Below are positions 17,701-27,456 of a DNA stretch of 57,200 nucleotides, piece by piece. Made by a program: the position numbers and the translations under genes. The DNA lies in IMG/VR virus record IMGVR_UViG_3300032331_001209, positions 1 through 57,200 of that record; one strand, 5' to 3'. Within the stretch, counting starts at the first letter, position 1. Every line of letters starts with the position of its first letter. Under the pieces are notes generated by a model. That model searched no databases, was not told the origin of the DNA, and was given only the letters and a program-made list of their open reading frames with translations. This DNA comes from a virus (taxonomy: Duplodnaviria; Caudoviricetes).

Positions 17701-20398
17701 GTTCGGGGTTCGCCGGGAACATGGGGGAGACCACCAAGTAGGTGATGCCCTTGGAGGACTGGTAGTAGTCCTCGACCGTGTAGACACCCGTCTGCGTGCC
17801 CGTGAGAACTTGGAACTTGTCGCCCACGGACAAGAGCGTCGGGAGGCTGGACGTGGGAGCGGTCACCACGCCCTGCGTCGCACCAAACTCCGGGGGCTGG
17901 ACCTGTCCTTCGACGGACGGCCCCACCTTCCACGAACCCACGTCGGAAAGCTCACCCGGTCGGAGGAGAATCCCGATGTGACGGAGCACTTCGCCCGTCA
18001 GCGGATTCGGCACCCGCAGTGCGCCCGTGAAGAACAGCCGTTGGTTGTTGTGGAAGCCGAAGCCCACGCCCGTGAACACGCCGTCGGGCGTGTCGGTCAG
18101 CACTTGGAGACGCGCGGCCATCGAGATGTTCGTGCTGGTCGCCAGCGGGAAGTCCCGCTTCCAGTACGCCACCGTCGGGCCATTGTCGTTGAGGGTGTAG
18201 TAGCCGTCCGCCGAGACGAAGCTCTGGACGTTGCCCACGGCCACCCACGGGTACGGAGGGAACGTGTCGCCCTCAAAGCGGATGCTCTGCGGGGATACGT
18301 CGGCCACGGCGTAGGGGACCGAGGTCCGCCCCGGCGCTTGGTTGAGCAGCAGCGTCGTCGGGGAGTTGAGCCCTGCCGTGTAGCCCTTCTCAAAACCGAT
18401 GAACCGATGGGCGATTTGGAGCGCAGGGGGGCGACGGTTGAACCGCCCGAGGGTCACGCCCATCTGGAAGCGTGTCGAGGGGAGGCCCCCGTACAGGCCC
18501 GAGGACGGCTCCAGCACCGTGGTGGTCGCGTTCCGGCCACGGCGCAGGGACCACTTGTTGAGCGTGAGCCCCTTGGTGTTGAGGCCCTTCAGTCCCTCTA
18601 CGGGGCTGGGGAACCAGTTGTAAGAAACATTCACCGTGTGCGCCAACGGAGCGAAGCTCGTGATGGGCGCGGCGAGGGTGATGACTCCCGTGTACGGGTT
18701 GACGGCGCTCACCGCGACGGGTGACCCGTCGTACAGCACCGTCACGTCCGCCACTTCTGCCGGGGTGCCATCGCCCCAAGGCTTCACCAGCGGGCCGAGG
18801 GACGTGGACAGGGAGTCGAAGGTCAGCACCCCGTCCCCGTAGAACTGGATGCTCACGTCCTCGTTGGACACCGGGATGGGCACCCGCACGCCGAGGCGAT
18901 CCACCTCGACGGTGTAGGAGATGCCCGTGCCGGGGGTCATGATGCGAGGGAGCACCCGGAGGTAGGACGGCGAAGGTCGCACGGACGTGCTGGGTCCGAG
19001 GGGCAGGAGCCCGCCCGTGAAGCCCACCGGGCCACCGTTGAGGCCGAGGAGCGTTTCCAAGAGGTACGTCCCGGCGTTCGGCCCAGCCGTCATCGTGAGG
19101 GTCTCGCCCTCGACGCACAGGGCGAAGTTCTGGGAAGTGTCCGTGAACGCCCCGGCGCTCACCGTGGCGTAGCCCGTCAAGCCCGTGGGAAACGTGGTGT
19201 ATGCACGCGGCACCGGGTCGTCGCCGTAGGGGAAGGCCCGCACCGCTGTCACCCGGTAGCGGTTCTCGCGGGGGAGGTGCGAGGACGGGGCCGGGGTCGG
19301 CACCACCGGGATGACGAGCTCCGCGCCCACTCGCACCGAGCGAAACGAGAGGGTCGGGTCGTGGAACAGGTAGCGGTCGGCCCCCACCTCGCCGTTCGTG
19401 CTGGTGAGGGAGCGAATGCCCGAGCAGTCGTGCCGAAAGTCCTCGTAGTAGTACGAGGCCATGTCCATCGAGAGCAACTGGTCGGTGATGAGCCCCCGGA
19501 GGTTCTCGCGGAACAGGTTGCGATACTCGTACAGGGTCGCTGCCGGATCGAGGGCTTGCAGGACGAGGGCGACGTTGCGCTGGAGGACGATGGGGAGGTC
19601 GGGGAACGCCGACAGGAGGTCGTGCGTGTGCGGAGCTTGGCCCGTGCCCGCCGCGTCGATGACCACGAAGTCCACGATGCTGTGGTAGTGGGCGGGGCCA
19701 CTCCCCGAGGCGTACACCGGGTCCACCGTCTGACCGTTGCCGAGCGCGTTGACGTAGACGGTGTGGTAGTGCTCCGTGACGGAGATCGCCGTCGTCGAGA
19801 GGGTGCGGTTGTACTTCTCGACGCTCACCTCAAAGGTGAACTGGTCGGCCATCGTCCAGAGCACCCCCGGCTCCGAGAGGAAGTTGACCTTCTGGAGCAG
19901 GGTGATGTTGGCGTCCGTGAGGGCTTCTAGGCCCCGCACCAGCGTCACGGCCTTGCTCCCTTGGAGGAGCAGGGCGACCATGCGCTTCAAGAACTCGCGG
20001 TAGCTGATGTCCCCGTCAATCTGGGGCAGTCCCTCGTTGGCCGAGTCGGGGAACACCAACGTGGCGAGGAACTGAAAGAGTACTTCCGGGCGGGTGAAAT
20101 CGTAGTCGTTGTCCTCGTAGGCGTCGGCCAAGAGAACTTGGATCTTGGCGAGCTCCTCCGCGACGGCTTGGAACTGCTGGACGTAGTACGGACCCTTCGC
20201 CTGCGCGACGTAGTTGCTGGGCAGCGAATTGAGAAACACCCGCACGATCTGGTCGGCCAGCGTCCGCACGCGGTCGAGGTCGATCTGCCCGTGGAGGTTG
20301 AACGGCGCGGGGTTCTGCGGTTCCGGCCCGTAGGCGAACGGCGGGAAGAACCTATACAGGCCGAGGATGCTGGGCTGCGCCGGGAGCTTCACGGTCAT
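14735..20398 (-). CDS. Very large baseplate wedge/tail protein (tail-I-like N-terminus)
   Basis: 1887 aa downstream of baseplate J; DISYREFLKRMVALLLQGSK...GLEAL wedge-like motif; HYH/HYH/HTH cluster; beta-rich C-terminal domains. Confidence 0.7.
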   Translation of the reverse strand: MTVKLPAQPSILGLYRFFPPFAYGPEPQNPAPFNLHGQIDLDRVRTLADQIVRVFLNSLPSNYVAQAKGPYYVQQFQAVAEELAKIQVLLADAYEDNDYDFTRPEVLFQFLATLVFPDSANEGLPQIDGDISYREFLKRMVALLLQGSKAVTLVRGLEALTDANITLLQKVNFLSEPGVLWTMADQFTFEVSVEKYNRTLSTTAISVTEHYHTVYVNALGNGQTVDPVYASGSGPAHYHSIVDFVVIDAAGTGQAPHTHDLLSAFPDLPIVLQRNVALVLQALDPAATLYEYRNLFRENLRGLITDQLLSMDMASYYYEDFRHDCSGIRSLTSTNGEVGADRYLFHDPTLSFRSVRVGAELVIPVVPTPAPSSHLPRENRYRVTAVRAFPYGDDPVPRAYTTFPTGLTGYATVSAGAFTDTSQNFALCVEGETLTMTAGPNAGTYLLETLLGLNGGPVGFTGGLLPLGPSTSVRPSPSYLRVLPRIMTPGTGISYTVEVDRLGVRVPIPVSNEDVSIQFYGDGVLTFDSLSTSLGPLVKPWGDGTPAEVADVTVLYDGSPVAVSAVNPYTGVITLAAPITSFAPLAHTVNVSYNWFPSPVEGLKGLNTKGLTLNKWSLRRGRNATTTVLEPSSGLYGGLPSTRFQMGVTLGRFNRRPPALQIAHRFIGFEKGYTAGLNSPTTLLLNQAPGRTSVPYAVADVSPQSIRFEGDTFPPYPWVAVGNVQSFVSADGYYTLNDNGPTVAYWKRDFPLATSTNISMAARLQVLTDTPDGVFTGVGFGFHNNQRLFFTGALRVPNPLTGEVLRHIGILLRPGELSDVGSWKVGPSVEGQVQPPEFGATQGVVTAPTSSLPTLLSVGDKFQVLTGTQTGVYTVEDYYQSSKGITYLVVSPMFPANPELLGNRDVTLYFDTAWDTGLSTWRMYANTRSQSVSVVFGGKSGSTTSVGTSIVASPAYLGPDILPEGYGRMVWGSIDRAAVNGTVWDFVRGASQPDGAYTYSRGTVVDAQWAKATVRVSVPLPGDTVTIDASAAPLFGPVVTLTAGTNFAIGASVAETTENLAAAINASILAPNYLSATSAASIVTLATNASGSPGGNITVTSVSGGRLVPSGFTGTATDPEYGDWYLATPFGDTRASGDTVAITSTPADAGLGTSYGYGYTDPFLNGRRVSALDGKFAVERDTAGVGGATLVLRDTHREARVATLRYQDRGVLGKLIYRLDTVSLVGSIPYYQQGWSGSAGNAFPNGPEMLLVGDGANAWSFQRTLVPHYSPCVGRFLEFRVAITSYTFDGSGRCGFAFAGTFGGNAVYLDFRATGVVLSPAPNGGAVVVVTIPWEDGEARTYRLVHNVAAGTIDLFIEGTLQATVLVTAFGGGGGQVEVLYDAPAGGTFNASLRSVCYGGTDEGIPDLYRTMGLHAGGDEGDIDNWVLPRTDGMNVPNSDPASTITSMDWTARCWVRVFLDPTFGAALIRPDLTAPPGYTGDFATQSMDPSAGWVRLEYPKLPRVTPTEKFGAARFGALNPSGSVLSTWDDVRYRVFTNTSVDYSAPQGMVLNRWNVITSGDYLKDTTPQEVVVSSVTLFRVSLRPCHIFADRVFAVRVDGVTLPQNLWRFNKDSQEITLSVALPTRNHPVNVVFAPARPVTNTYLQTQPFPESQTILNEGTPTFQQSQTGTTTPTLTIPTDIASTASGDGGPTPALPAPVGTAVPLDPDYGFRDQYLVRRFDDDPEYLYERLEFFQIGNGGQSGRLSAYCEGGPGPDGTWGTTEFTFAGSYLNDNYSGMIRPPVGVRPGSYRYALFASGNGFNGGVLGTYSFTNPVTGVVAPFSGQVSPTTTAEPRMLYAVGPSEGVVRGTDNGTAFRETLFVLRTGAAPGVVTVWVDGSQQQVWG

Positions 20399-20405
20399 TG
20401 GGGTC

Positions 20406-23400
20406 TCACCTGTCGGTGTCGTAAGTGAAAGTCACGTCGTTCCAGACGAGATACTCCATCGAGTTGGGGTCGATGTCCTTGTCGCCCGAGTCGTCCGCCG
20501 TGACGTAGGTACACCAGTAGGCGTGGTTCGACGGGGCATCCCCCACCGGGAGGGACACCAGCACGCAGTTCTTCACGAGCCCGGTGCCCGTCCCGTACCC
20601 CGGGATCACCTGCCCGTCGTCGCCAATGATGTAGGCTTGGCCGTTCGCCAGCCCGAGGTTCTGCGGCGCTGTCAGTTGCAGGGTGAGTTGGGCGTCGTCT
20701 TGGAACACACCCCGGAACTCGTTCGTGGGGCCACCCCCCGTGGACGTAGGCGCGTCGAGCTCTTGGATAATCAGCCACACGGCGTACTTGGCGTTCGACC
20801 ATGCGTTGACCCGGAAGCAGTCACCGAAGGTCGCCGTGGCCAAGTCGTTGCGGACGATCTGGTAGCCCGTCGCCCGTACCATCTTGGTGAGCGGCACGAC
20901 GACGTAGGACACGCCCTCCGTCCCGTCGATCTCCGCGATCACGTCACTGCGCCGCAACGGGTCACCGAGCTTGAGGGTGCCCATGAGGTACTGGAGGTTG
21001 TTGCGGATGGCGATGTCTACGTTGGTGCGGTCGTAGCCCTTCTTGAGGATGACCGTCGCCGTGAGGTCCACGGGCGTCCGCACCGCTTGCTTCGCCACCA
21101 CGTCCGCCGTGGCGTGAGCCATGTCGTCGAGCTCCTGTTGGAGCACCGAGGTCACGAGGTTGGTCTGGTACGCGACCACGAAGTTCTCGTAGTAGCTGTA
21201 CGAGATGGTCACCGTGTCCCCGTCTAGGATGGCGCTGCTCTCCGTGCGACGGATGCCCGCCGCCACGGTGCTGGACCCCTCGATGATCGTGTAATCGGGC
21301 GACCCGCTGGGGTCATACGGCCCCTTGTAGGTCACGGCACCCGACTGGCTCTTCACCACGATGGAGAGGGTCTCCGCGCCGAGGTTGTACAAGAACTCGG
21401 TGTAGAAGCCCGTGACGACGTGGAGCTCGTCCACCACGGGGATGAGGTTGCCCGAGGGCGAGACCACCGTGGGGTCCGTGGACTGGTTGATCTGGAGGTA
21501 GTCGCCCGCCTTGGTCGAGTTCCCGAGGCCCAAGGGGCTGTCCGGGTGGACAAGGCTGTAGAGCGAGATGTCTACCGGGCCGATCACCTCGCCCGTCACG
21601 TTCAGCACCTCGTTCACGGGCTGGCGAGCGAAGACGTGCTTGTTGCCGAGGCGGAAGCGGAAGTCCCCGAGGACGATGTCCGTGAGGGTCACCGGGGGCT
21701 GGGCCAGCGTCACGTCTAGCTGGATGGTGTTGAAGTTGAGGTAGACGACGTTCGTGAGGTCGAACGTCTCGCCCGTTGTTACGTTCTTCAGCCCGAGTCC
21801 GTAGGAGGGGTAGTCGAGCATCTGGGCGAGCGGGTTGTCGGGGGTCACCTCGTCGCTCACCACCCGGAAGATGTAGTTGGTCGGGCTCCCGATCACCACG
21901 AACTGCACGTCGTTGCGACGCTCGTAGGTGAACGAGAACGTGTCGGTCACGGTCACGTTGCGGACGCCTCGCGCCCACACGTCCACCTTGCCGCCGAGGT
22001 GGCGCTTGAGGGTGGTGTCGTAGTCACGCTGCATCAGCGGGTCGCCCGCCCGGACCACGAGGTTCTGGAGGGTGCCCGGGACGCCCGCCGCCACTTGGCG
22101 GATGCCCTGCGTCGTGCCCGTGTCCACGGAGGCCAAGGCCGTCCGCGCCCTCGCCGCCAACTGCGCGTTGGTCTCCACGTTCGCGCCGCCGAAGGTGGCC
22201 GCGTCGTTGGTCACCGCCATCCCGTACACGTTGGAAGAAGTGAGTTGTCGCGGGCCGACGTTGGTGTTCGTGCCCACGGACAACGCCTTCACCGGGACCG
22301 TGATCGAGTATTCTCTCGTCGAGGGGTTGTAGTAGCTGGCGAGGGAGTTCACGTCCATCGACGCCGAGCGGGAGGTGCGGAACTGGATGCCGCCGCCGAC
22401 GACCACCGTGCCGAGCGGGACGTTGATCGTCTGGGTGGGGGGCGAAGAAGTGAAGAAGCGCACCTCGCCCACGGCTGCGGTCCCCGAGGATCGGACGACG
22501 CCGAAGTTCGCGGCGATCTTGTCGAACGATCCGTCGATGACGTTCTGCACGTCGTTGACGTTGGAGTAGAAGAAGGCCGCTGCGAGGGCCGTCTTGTACG
22601 CCGACGAGGCTGGCGGGGTGGACACGCCCGAGCCCGAGGGATCGTCCACGAGGAGCAGGGTGTCGAAGGAGCTCGCCCGGTAGGTGTAGTCGAGGACTAG
22701 GCGCAGCCGTTCGGACTCCGTCGTGAACGGGTCGAGGAAGATGTCCCGCACCACGGACCCGGGCTGCACCGCGATGTCCGGGTTCTGGCGGTAGATGGTC
22801 GCAATGGCACTCTCAAGGATCTGCTGGCGAGGCACCGCCGTGAGACCGTTGATCTGCTGGCGCACCTGCGCGGGAGCCCCCACCACCTCCGAGGAGAAGT
22901 AGGACTCGTACTCGACTTGGATGACCGGGTCGTAGTAGACCGCCGTGACGACGTAGTAGAGGAGCTCCGTCGCCGGGGTGCTCGCGAACGTCCCGTTGAA
23001 GATCGTCGCGGGGTTCGACAGGGCGTTGGCGTTGCGGACGTGCTTGAAGCTGTAGTAGGTGACGTTGGTCACCGAGGACACGGCGATGTCGGTGCGGATG
23101 GTCGTGAGGCCGCTGGGGAGCTCGATCCGAGAGTTGACATCCGTGGACAACACCACCGCGTCGCTGTCCTCTTGGTCGATCTTGGCCCGGTAGTAGAGGG
23201 GGGTGGCGCTCTGGGCCACGTTGTCCGACGACAGGAGGTAGAGCTCCGTGACGTTCTGGACATCCTCGCCCGTGGTGACCCGGTTCACGTTGAGGAGGCG
23301 GTAGCCCGCCACCCCGCCGCCCGACTCCGTCGAGGCGTAGAAGTTGTACCCGACGATGCGGCTGTCCGTGAGCTCCTCTGCCGTCACCTTCACCGCCCCG

Positions 23401-23777
23401 TCGAGGCGCTCGATGGTGATTGCCGAGGGCGGGAGGAACACGTCGGCCTCCTCCGAGGGGAGGAGGTGGACCACCACCGTCGCCGGGACGCTGCGCCCGC
23501 CCGCGAGGTTGACCGCCCGGATCTGGATCGTGTTGTCGCCCGAGAAGAGGTCCAGACCGTTGGGGAACGCCGCCGGGTTCGGGATGGTGAACCCGGTGCC
23601 CGAGAAGGAGGCCAGCGTGGGGTCGCTCGTGAACGGCTGGCCGTAGATCGACACCTCCACGTCCACGGTGTCGTCGGGGAGAACTCCCGTGAAGAACCGG
23701 GTGGTCTGCGTGGTCGAGAACGCCGAGGTCTGCCGAAGGACATCGTCGGGGCCAAGGAACTGAACGGAAGTAGCCAT
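20406..23777 (-). CDS. Baseplate J-like wedge protein
   Basis: PGSVVRDIF, FDKIAANFGVVR...AAVGEVRF, VPLGTVV, GGANVETNAQLAAR and GKVDVW are baseplate J/gp6 hallmarks. Confidence 0.88.
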   Translation of the reverse strand: MATSVQFLGPDDVLRQTSAFSTTQTTRFFTGVLPDDTVDVEVSIYGQPFTSDPTLASFSGTGFTIPNPAAFPNGLDLFSGDNTIQIRAVNLAGGRSVPATVVVHLLPSEEADVFLPPSAITIERLDGAVKVTAEELTDSRIVGYNFYASTESGGGVAGYRLLNVNRVTTGEDVQNVTELYLLSSDNVAQSATPLYYRAKIDQEDSDAVVLSTDVNSRIELPSGLTTIRTDIAVSSVTNVTYYSFKHVRNANALSNPATIFNGTFASTPATELLYYVVTAVYYDPVIQVEYESYFSSEVVGAPAQVRQQINGLTAVPRQQILESAIATIYRQNPDIAVQPGSVVRDIFLDPFTTESERLRLVLDYTYRASSFDTLLLVDDPSGSGVSTPPASSAYKTALAAAFFYSNVNDVQNVIDGSFDKIAANFGVVRSSGTAAVGEVRFFTSSPPTQTINVPLGTVVVGGGIQFRTSRSASMDVNSLASYYNPSTREYSITVPVKALSVGTNTNVGPRQLTSSNVYGMAVTNDAATFGGANVETNAQLAARARTALASVDTGTTQGIRQVAAGVPGTLQNLVVRAGDPLMQRDYDTTLKRHLGGKVDVWARGVRNVTVTDTFSFTYERRNDVQFVVIGSPTNYIFRVVSDEVTPDNPLAQMLDYPSYGLGLKNVTTGETFDLTNVVYLNFNTIQLDVTLAQPPVTLTDIVLGDFRFRLGNKHVFARQPVNEVLNVTGEVIGPVDISLYSLVHPDSPLGLGNSTKAGDYLQINQSTDPTVVSPSGNLIPVVDELHVVTGFYTEFLYNLGAETLSIVVKSQSGAVTYKGPYDPSGSPDYTIIEGSSTVAAGIRRTESSAILDGDTVTISYSYYENFVVAYQTNLVTSVLQQELDDMAHATADVVAKQAVRTPVDLTATVILKKGYDRTNVDIAIRNNLQYLMGTLKLGDPLRRSDVIAEIDGTEGVSYVVVPLTKMVRATGYQIVRNDLATATFGDCFRVNAWSNAKYAVWLIIQELDAPTSTGGGPTNEFRGVFQDDAQLTLQLTAPQNLGLANGQAYIIGDDGQVIPGYGTGTGLVKNCVLVSLPVGDAPSNHAYWCTYVTADDSGDKDIDPNSMEYLVWNDVTFTYDTDR

Positions 23778-24877
23778 CAGTAGTTCCCCAGAGACAGGCG
23801 GTTGGTTCCCGGCAACGCGAACGTCCCCGGGGCCGTGTACACGATGGAAATGGTCACGGGTTCAGACGAGTAGTTCCGCACGTCCACCTCGATGAGGAAG
23901 GTCGTGGGATCACTGGGAGATTGTGCCACGGCGATGTTGTCCACGGAGAAAAGACGCTCCTTGGCCGTGACCCGCTGGTACTTGGACTGGGCGTTCTGGA
24001 GGTTCTGGAGCGTCGTGAGGGCTTGGTTGACCGACTGCTTCAGCCCGATGGCCGTACCGCCCAGCACCTTGCTACCAATGCTGGCCGCGAGGTTCGACCC
24101 GTACCAAGGCTGGTAGATGTTCGACCCGAGCTCCGTGAGGATCATCTTGAGGCACATCTGGTAGAGGAGATTCTCGTCCTCGACCACCAGTGCCTCCCCC
24201 TGCGCGTCGAAACGGAAGTCGTTCTCGACCTCCGTGGTGAGGCATCGCAGGCACAGGTTCGGAGCCACGGGATACGACACCGTGAAGTACACACCCTGCT
24301 TGACAGGGGCGTTGAACCCGATGTAGTAGCCGAGGGAGTCCACGGCGTCTTCGGGGTTGACGACGCTGCGAGAGTAGAGCCTCCACGGGGGGATCACCGT
24401 TTTGCCACGGTCGCCGCTCTGCTGGTCGAAGCCCAGCGCCTCCAGCGCCGAGCCAGACAGTTGGACCTTGGAGGTCGGGCCGGGGTCCGCCGTGTCCGTG
24501 ATGACGAGGTACCCGTTGGGAGACGTGACCGTCACCAACCCCTTCACCGCCGACGTGATGGCAGCGGACACCTGCGCCGCCGACAGGTACCCCGGCGAGA
24601 AGTTCACCGCCGCCGTCCCAACCCCCGTGGTCACCACCAAGGTCCGCGTGGCGACGGTGACCTTGTAGGGCTCGCGGCGGTACGACTTCACCGAGGCAGG
24701 GGTGACCAGCCCCGTGTAGGGAGAGACAGGCGTGCCGTCGTTCGCCCGCACCACCACCAGCGTCGGTCCTGCGATGGGCTTGGACGTGTACAGCGTGCGT
24801 CGGTCATCCCCGAGGGTGACCCTCTCCTCACCGATGATGTGAGGGCAGGGATAAGCCAGACAAATATCACGAGACAC
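23777..24877 (-). CDS. Baseplate wedge protein with C-terminal gp25/GPW-like domain
   Basis: AGGAG SD then GTG at 24877; LYQMCLKMILTELGSNIYQPWYGSNL...IG matches the gp25 'L.T..G....P.YGS' motif. Confidence 0.8.
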   Translation of the reverse strand: MSRDICLAYPCPHIIGEERVTLGDDRRTLYTSKPIAGPTLVVVRANDGTPVSPYTGLVTPASVKSYRREPYKVTVATRTLVVTTGVGTAAVNFSPGYLSAAQVSAAITSAVKGLVTVTSPNGYLVITDTADPGPTSKVQLSGSALEALGFDQQSGDRGKTVIPPWRLYSRSVVNPEDAVDSLGYYIGFNAPVKQGVYFTVSYPVAPNLCLRCLTTEVENDFRFDAQGEALVVEDENLLYQMCLKMILTELGSNIYQPWYGSNLAASIGSKVLGGTAIGLKQSVNQALTTLQNLQNAQSKYQRVTAKERLFSVDNIAVAQSPSDPTTFLIEVDVRNYSSEPVTISIVYTAPGTFALPGTNRLSLGNY

Positions 24878-25664
24878 GGGGTTTCTCCTGCGCCTTTCGC
24901 GCTTGGGCTTCCCGTCGATCCTGCGTCCACGGAACCCCTTTTCGGGCACGAGACATAGCGGCCTTGTGCTCGTCGGAGAGGGTTCGGCCCAGCATCTTGA
25001 TGCGTTGCTCCTCTGGGAAGGGCTTACCTTTCTTGGCGTTGCTAACTTTCAACCGCACGTCATCCGTGCGGGGCACCCCCCGTCGAGCCTCCGCAGCGGC
25101 AATACGGGCGGGTGATTGGGGCTTGCCTTTGAGGGCTTTGCTGATGGCCTCACGCTTTTCCGGGGGCATAGGCCCCCGGGGAATACCCTTCTGTGCCGCA
25201 CTGATCTTGGCCTTGGTTTCGCTTGAGTGAGGACCCCTTTTCTTGCCGAGGTGAGCCGCCTTCATCTTGGACAGAGTATCGGGGGAACGATTGCGAGACG
25301 CTTCACCGATTTTTCGACGGGCCTCCTCATCAGGCGTGTACCCGTGGAAGCTACCAGCCGTAGGGAGAGTGTTCAGCCCACGGGTCGCCGCTTGGAAAGT
25401 GTCGAGGTAATGCTGCTCCCTAGACTCTAGGTCGGAGGGGTCGGTGACCTCTTCCAGAACCTCAAACGAAAAATGGCACCCGCCGTACAGGTCCCATGCC
25501 TTCTGAAGTTTCGGAGGACCACTTCCCTCGCTCAACGATTTCAAGTGGTCGTACCACCTCCCCTTGATTCTCCTAGACTGACCGACGTACACACGTCCGT
25601 CAGCCTTGCATCGAATGATGTAAATGCCCATTTTCGGGGGGTTGGGATGGACCGTGGGGGACAT
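24867..25664 (-). mobile_element. Free-standing GIY-YIG homing endonuclease with NUMOD3-like repeats
   Basis: GIYIIRC...VYVGQS...RWYDH...LESREQHYLD...GLN catalytic domain, then repeated HSSETKAKISAAQKG-type units; visibly more AT-rich than its flanks. Confidence 0.88.
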
Positions 25665-25682
25665 GGTTCACCGGGGGCGTGT

Positions 25683-25697
25683 GATAACGGCGAAACC
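25683..25697 (-). promoter_or_regulatory. Putative late promoter (GGTTTCGCCGTTATC)
   Basis: Motif family member upstream of the endonuclease/baseplate operon. Confidence 0.5.
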
Positions 25698-25702
25698 GTT
25701 GT

Positions 25703-26599
25703 TCAACCGATTGCCGTCCAGTCTTCTTCGCCGTTCGGTGCGTCGTCGAGGAGCATGGGCTCCGTGGGATTCGGCCCGGTCTGGCGCGGCTGGTTGTAGT
25801 TCCGAGACCCGTCGTTCAGCGTGTTCGGGTAGAACACGGCGTCGATCCGATCCACGATGGCCGACACGTTGTGGCTGGCCGCGAACTCACCGTCGCTCGC
25901 CCACTGCAACCCGGCCACGGACCCGCCCACGGCTTGGGGGAGGAGCTCGTCGCGCTCGATCATGAGTTGCTCGCGGAGGTCCATGAGCTTGATGATCCGG
26001 GCCTCCAAGTCGTTCCGCAGCGTGCGGATTTCTTGAGCCACCCACCCGCGCGTGGCGTGAATCGTCCGGGTCATGTCCGCCGACTGCTGCGTGTAGCTCG
26101 TCGCGTTCCCGAAGCGTCTGGGTGGGTACCGCCACAGGGGGAGCCACCCGCCCGTGTAGGTGCCGCCTGCCAAGGGGTCCGCGCTGCCCGAGGCTGCGAT
26201 CCCCCCGTAGGGCTGCGTCTCTTGGAAGTTGGTCGCCGGGGTCGCTTGGGGGTTGCTGTCCGTGGTCTGGCTCTGGGTCGTGTCGTCCTCGATCATCGTC
26301 ACCGAGTTGGGCGACAAGAACATTGAGATGTCGAAGGGATTCCCGCCCATCGCGACGTAGGCCCGCAGCAACCTTTCGATGGACGTGTTGGGAGTCACGT
26401 CCAGCCCGATGCGCCGCTCCGTCATGCGCGTCGGGTTGCTGGCGTTGGCCTCGTAGAGAATTTGGACCTCCCCGATGCGGTCGAGCTCCGCGTTGATCGT
26501 CGTGAGCCGCGCCACCACGTCCCGGCGTTGGTTGAGAATGAACGTGCGGTAGGCCCGCCACGCGCCCGCACGGAAGAAGCCTGTCCAGCCGAAGCTCAT
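25703..26599 (-). CDS. Hypothetical protein, probably structural
   Basis: 298 aa with a coiled-coil segment; AGGTG SD; late-type motif at 26622-26636; heads the baseplate block. Confidence 0.7.
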   Translation of the reverse strand: MSFGWTGFFRAGAWRAYRTFILNQRRDVVARLTTINAELDRIGEVQILYEANASNPTRMTERRIGLDVTPNTSIERLLRAYVAMGGNPFDISMFLSPNSVTMIEDDTTQSQTTDSNPQATPATNFQETQPYGGIAASGSADPLAGGTYTGGWLPLWRYPPRRFGNATSYTQQSADMTRTIHATRGWVAQEIRTLRNDLEARIIKLMDLREQLMIERDELLPQAVGGSVAGLQWASDGEFAASHNVSAIVDRIDAVFYPNTLNDGSRNYNQPRQTGPNPTEPMLLDDAPNGEEDWTAIG

Positions 26600-26661
26600 G
26601 GTGTCACCTACCCTTGCGGACCATAGAGAAAGCCACGGGAGCCACCCACCCTACACCATGC

Positions 26662-26669
26662 GGGCGTAA
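26662..26669 (+). promoter_or_regulatory. GGGCGTAA promoter-like motif
   Basis: Exact copy, upstream of the + strand gene at 26709. Confidence 0.5.
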
Positions 26670-26708
26670 TGCCTGTTACGGAAGCACCCAAGGCTCCGTT
26701 GGAGTGGC

Positions 26709-27137
26709 ATGGCGACGATCATCCCGACAGAGGGCGACCTTGTGGAGTCCCCGGCACCGGGCACCAGCGAGGAGGTGCAGACCGTTCTGGGCGCAATCGG
26801 GGTCCGTGCCCACGGAGCCCCGGACGGCTCGTCATGGTGGGTTCTCGAACCCCCTCTCGTGGGCGACACGGCCCGCAACGAGCGGGCCAGCCGCTTCTAC
26901 GCCTCCCGCACGGGCGGGGCACCTTTGACCCTGTACGGCAAGGTGCTGTACCTGTCGGCGGACGAGACCAAGGCACTCGCAGGGGTCGCGGAGGAGATGC
27001 TCCCGATCCGTGGCCGCACCTACGACGTGCGAGACAAGCTCAAGGCCATTGGGGCGCGTTGGTACGCCGCCGAGAAGGTCTGGAAGATCGCCAAGTCCAA
27101 GATGGCCGAGGCGGACGAGATCGTGAGGCGAGGTTGA
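26709..27137 (+). CDS. Hypothetical protein with C-terminal DUF5710-like motif
   Basis: GGAG SD; GRTYDVRDKLKAIGARWYAAEKVW matches the 'K.LGARW...K.W' domain. Confidence 0.7.
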   Translation: MATIIPTEGDLVESPAPGTSEEVQTVLGAIGVRAHGAPDGSSWWVLEPPLVGDTARNERASRFYASRTGGAPLTLYGKVLYLSADETKALAGVAEEMLPIRGRTYDVRDKLKAIGARWYAAEKVWKIAKSKMAEADEIVRRG

Positions 27138-27279
27138 GGCGTCGGAAGCCCCCGGAACCACCGCTGCACCGTCTCCGTGGGGACATCGGTTGGGCAGGGT
27201 CGGTCACGAATCTGCTCATCCGATGGCCCTCCGAACAGAAGTCCACCGGGGTCGGACTACGGGTGACCCTGCCCTTCCG

Positions 27280-27456
27280 TCAGTCCCGAGGCTCGTCGGC
27301 ACCTCGCCGGAAGTAGCTGTAGAGGGCCTTCCCCAAGTCCTTGTCACAGGAGTAGCAACGGATGCCCTCGGCGGTGATCCGAAGGTGCTTGTGCTCGCAC
27401 TCGTCGTCGGGGTCGAGAACGCACCAGCGGTCCTCTGGCGGATGACGGTCTCTCAC
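27280..27456 (-). CDS. Small putative zinc-binding protein (58 aa, below the ORF-track cut-off)
   Basis: Manual translation VRDRHPPEDRWCVLDPDDECEHKHLRITAEGIRCYSCDKDLGKALYSYFRRGADEPRD*; CxH...CxxC ligands. Confidence 0.5.
   Translation of the reverse strand: MRDRHPPEDRWCVLDPDDECEHKHLRITAEGIRCYSCDKDLGKALYSYFRRGADEPRD

Noticed and set aside
24878-24949. Basic N-terminal extension of the gp25-like ORF in the ORF track
   Set aside because: Lies inside the endonuclease gene; an AGGAG plus GTG at 24877 is the better start.
24867-25664. Possible group I intron around the GIY-YIG gene
   Set aside because: Flanking genes look complete and there is no non-coding space for a ribozyme core.
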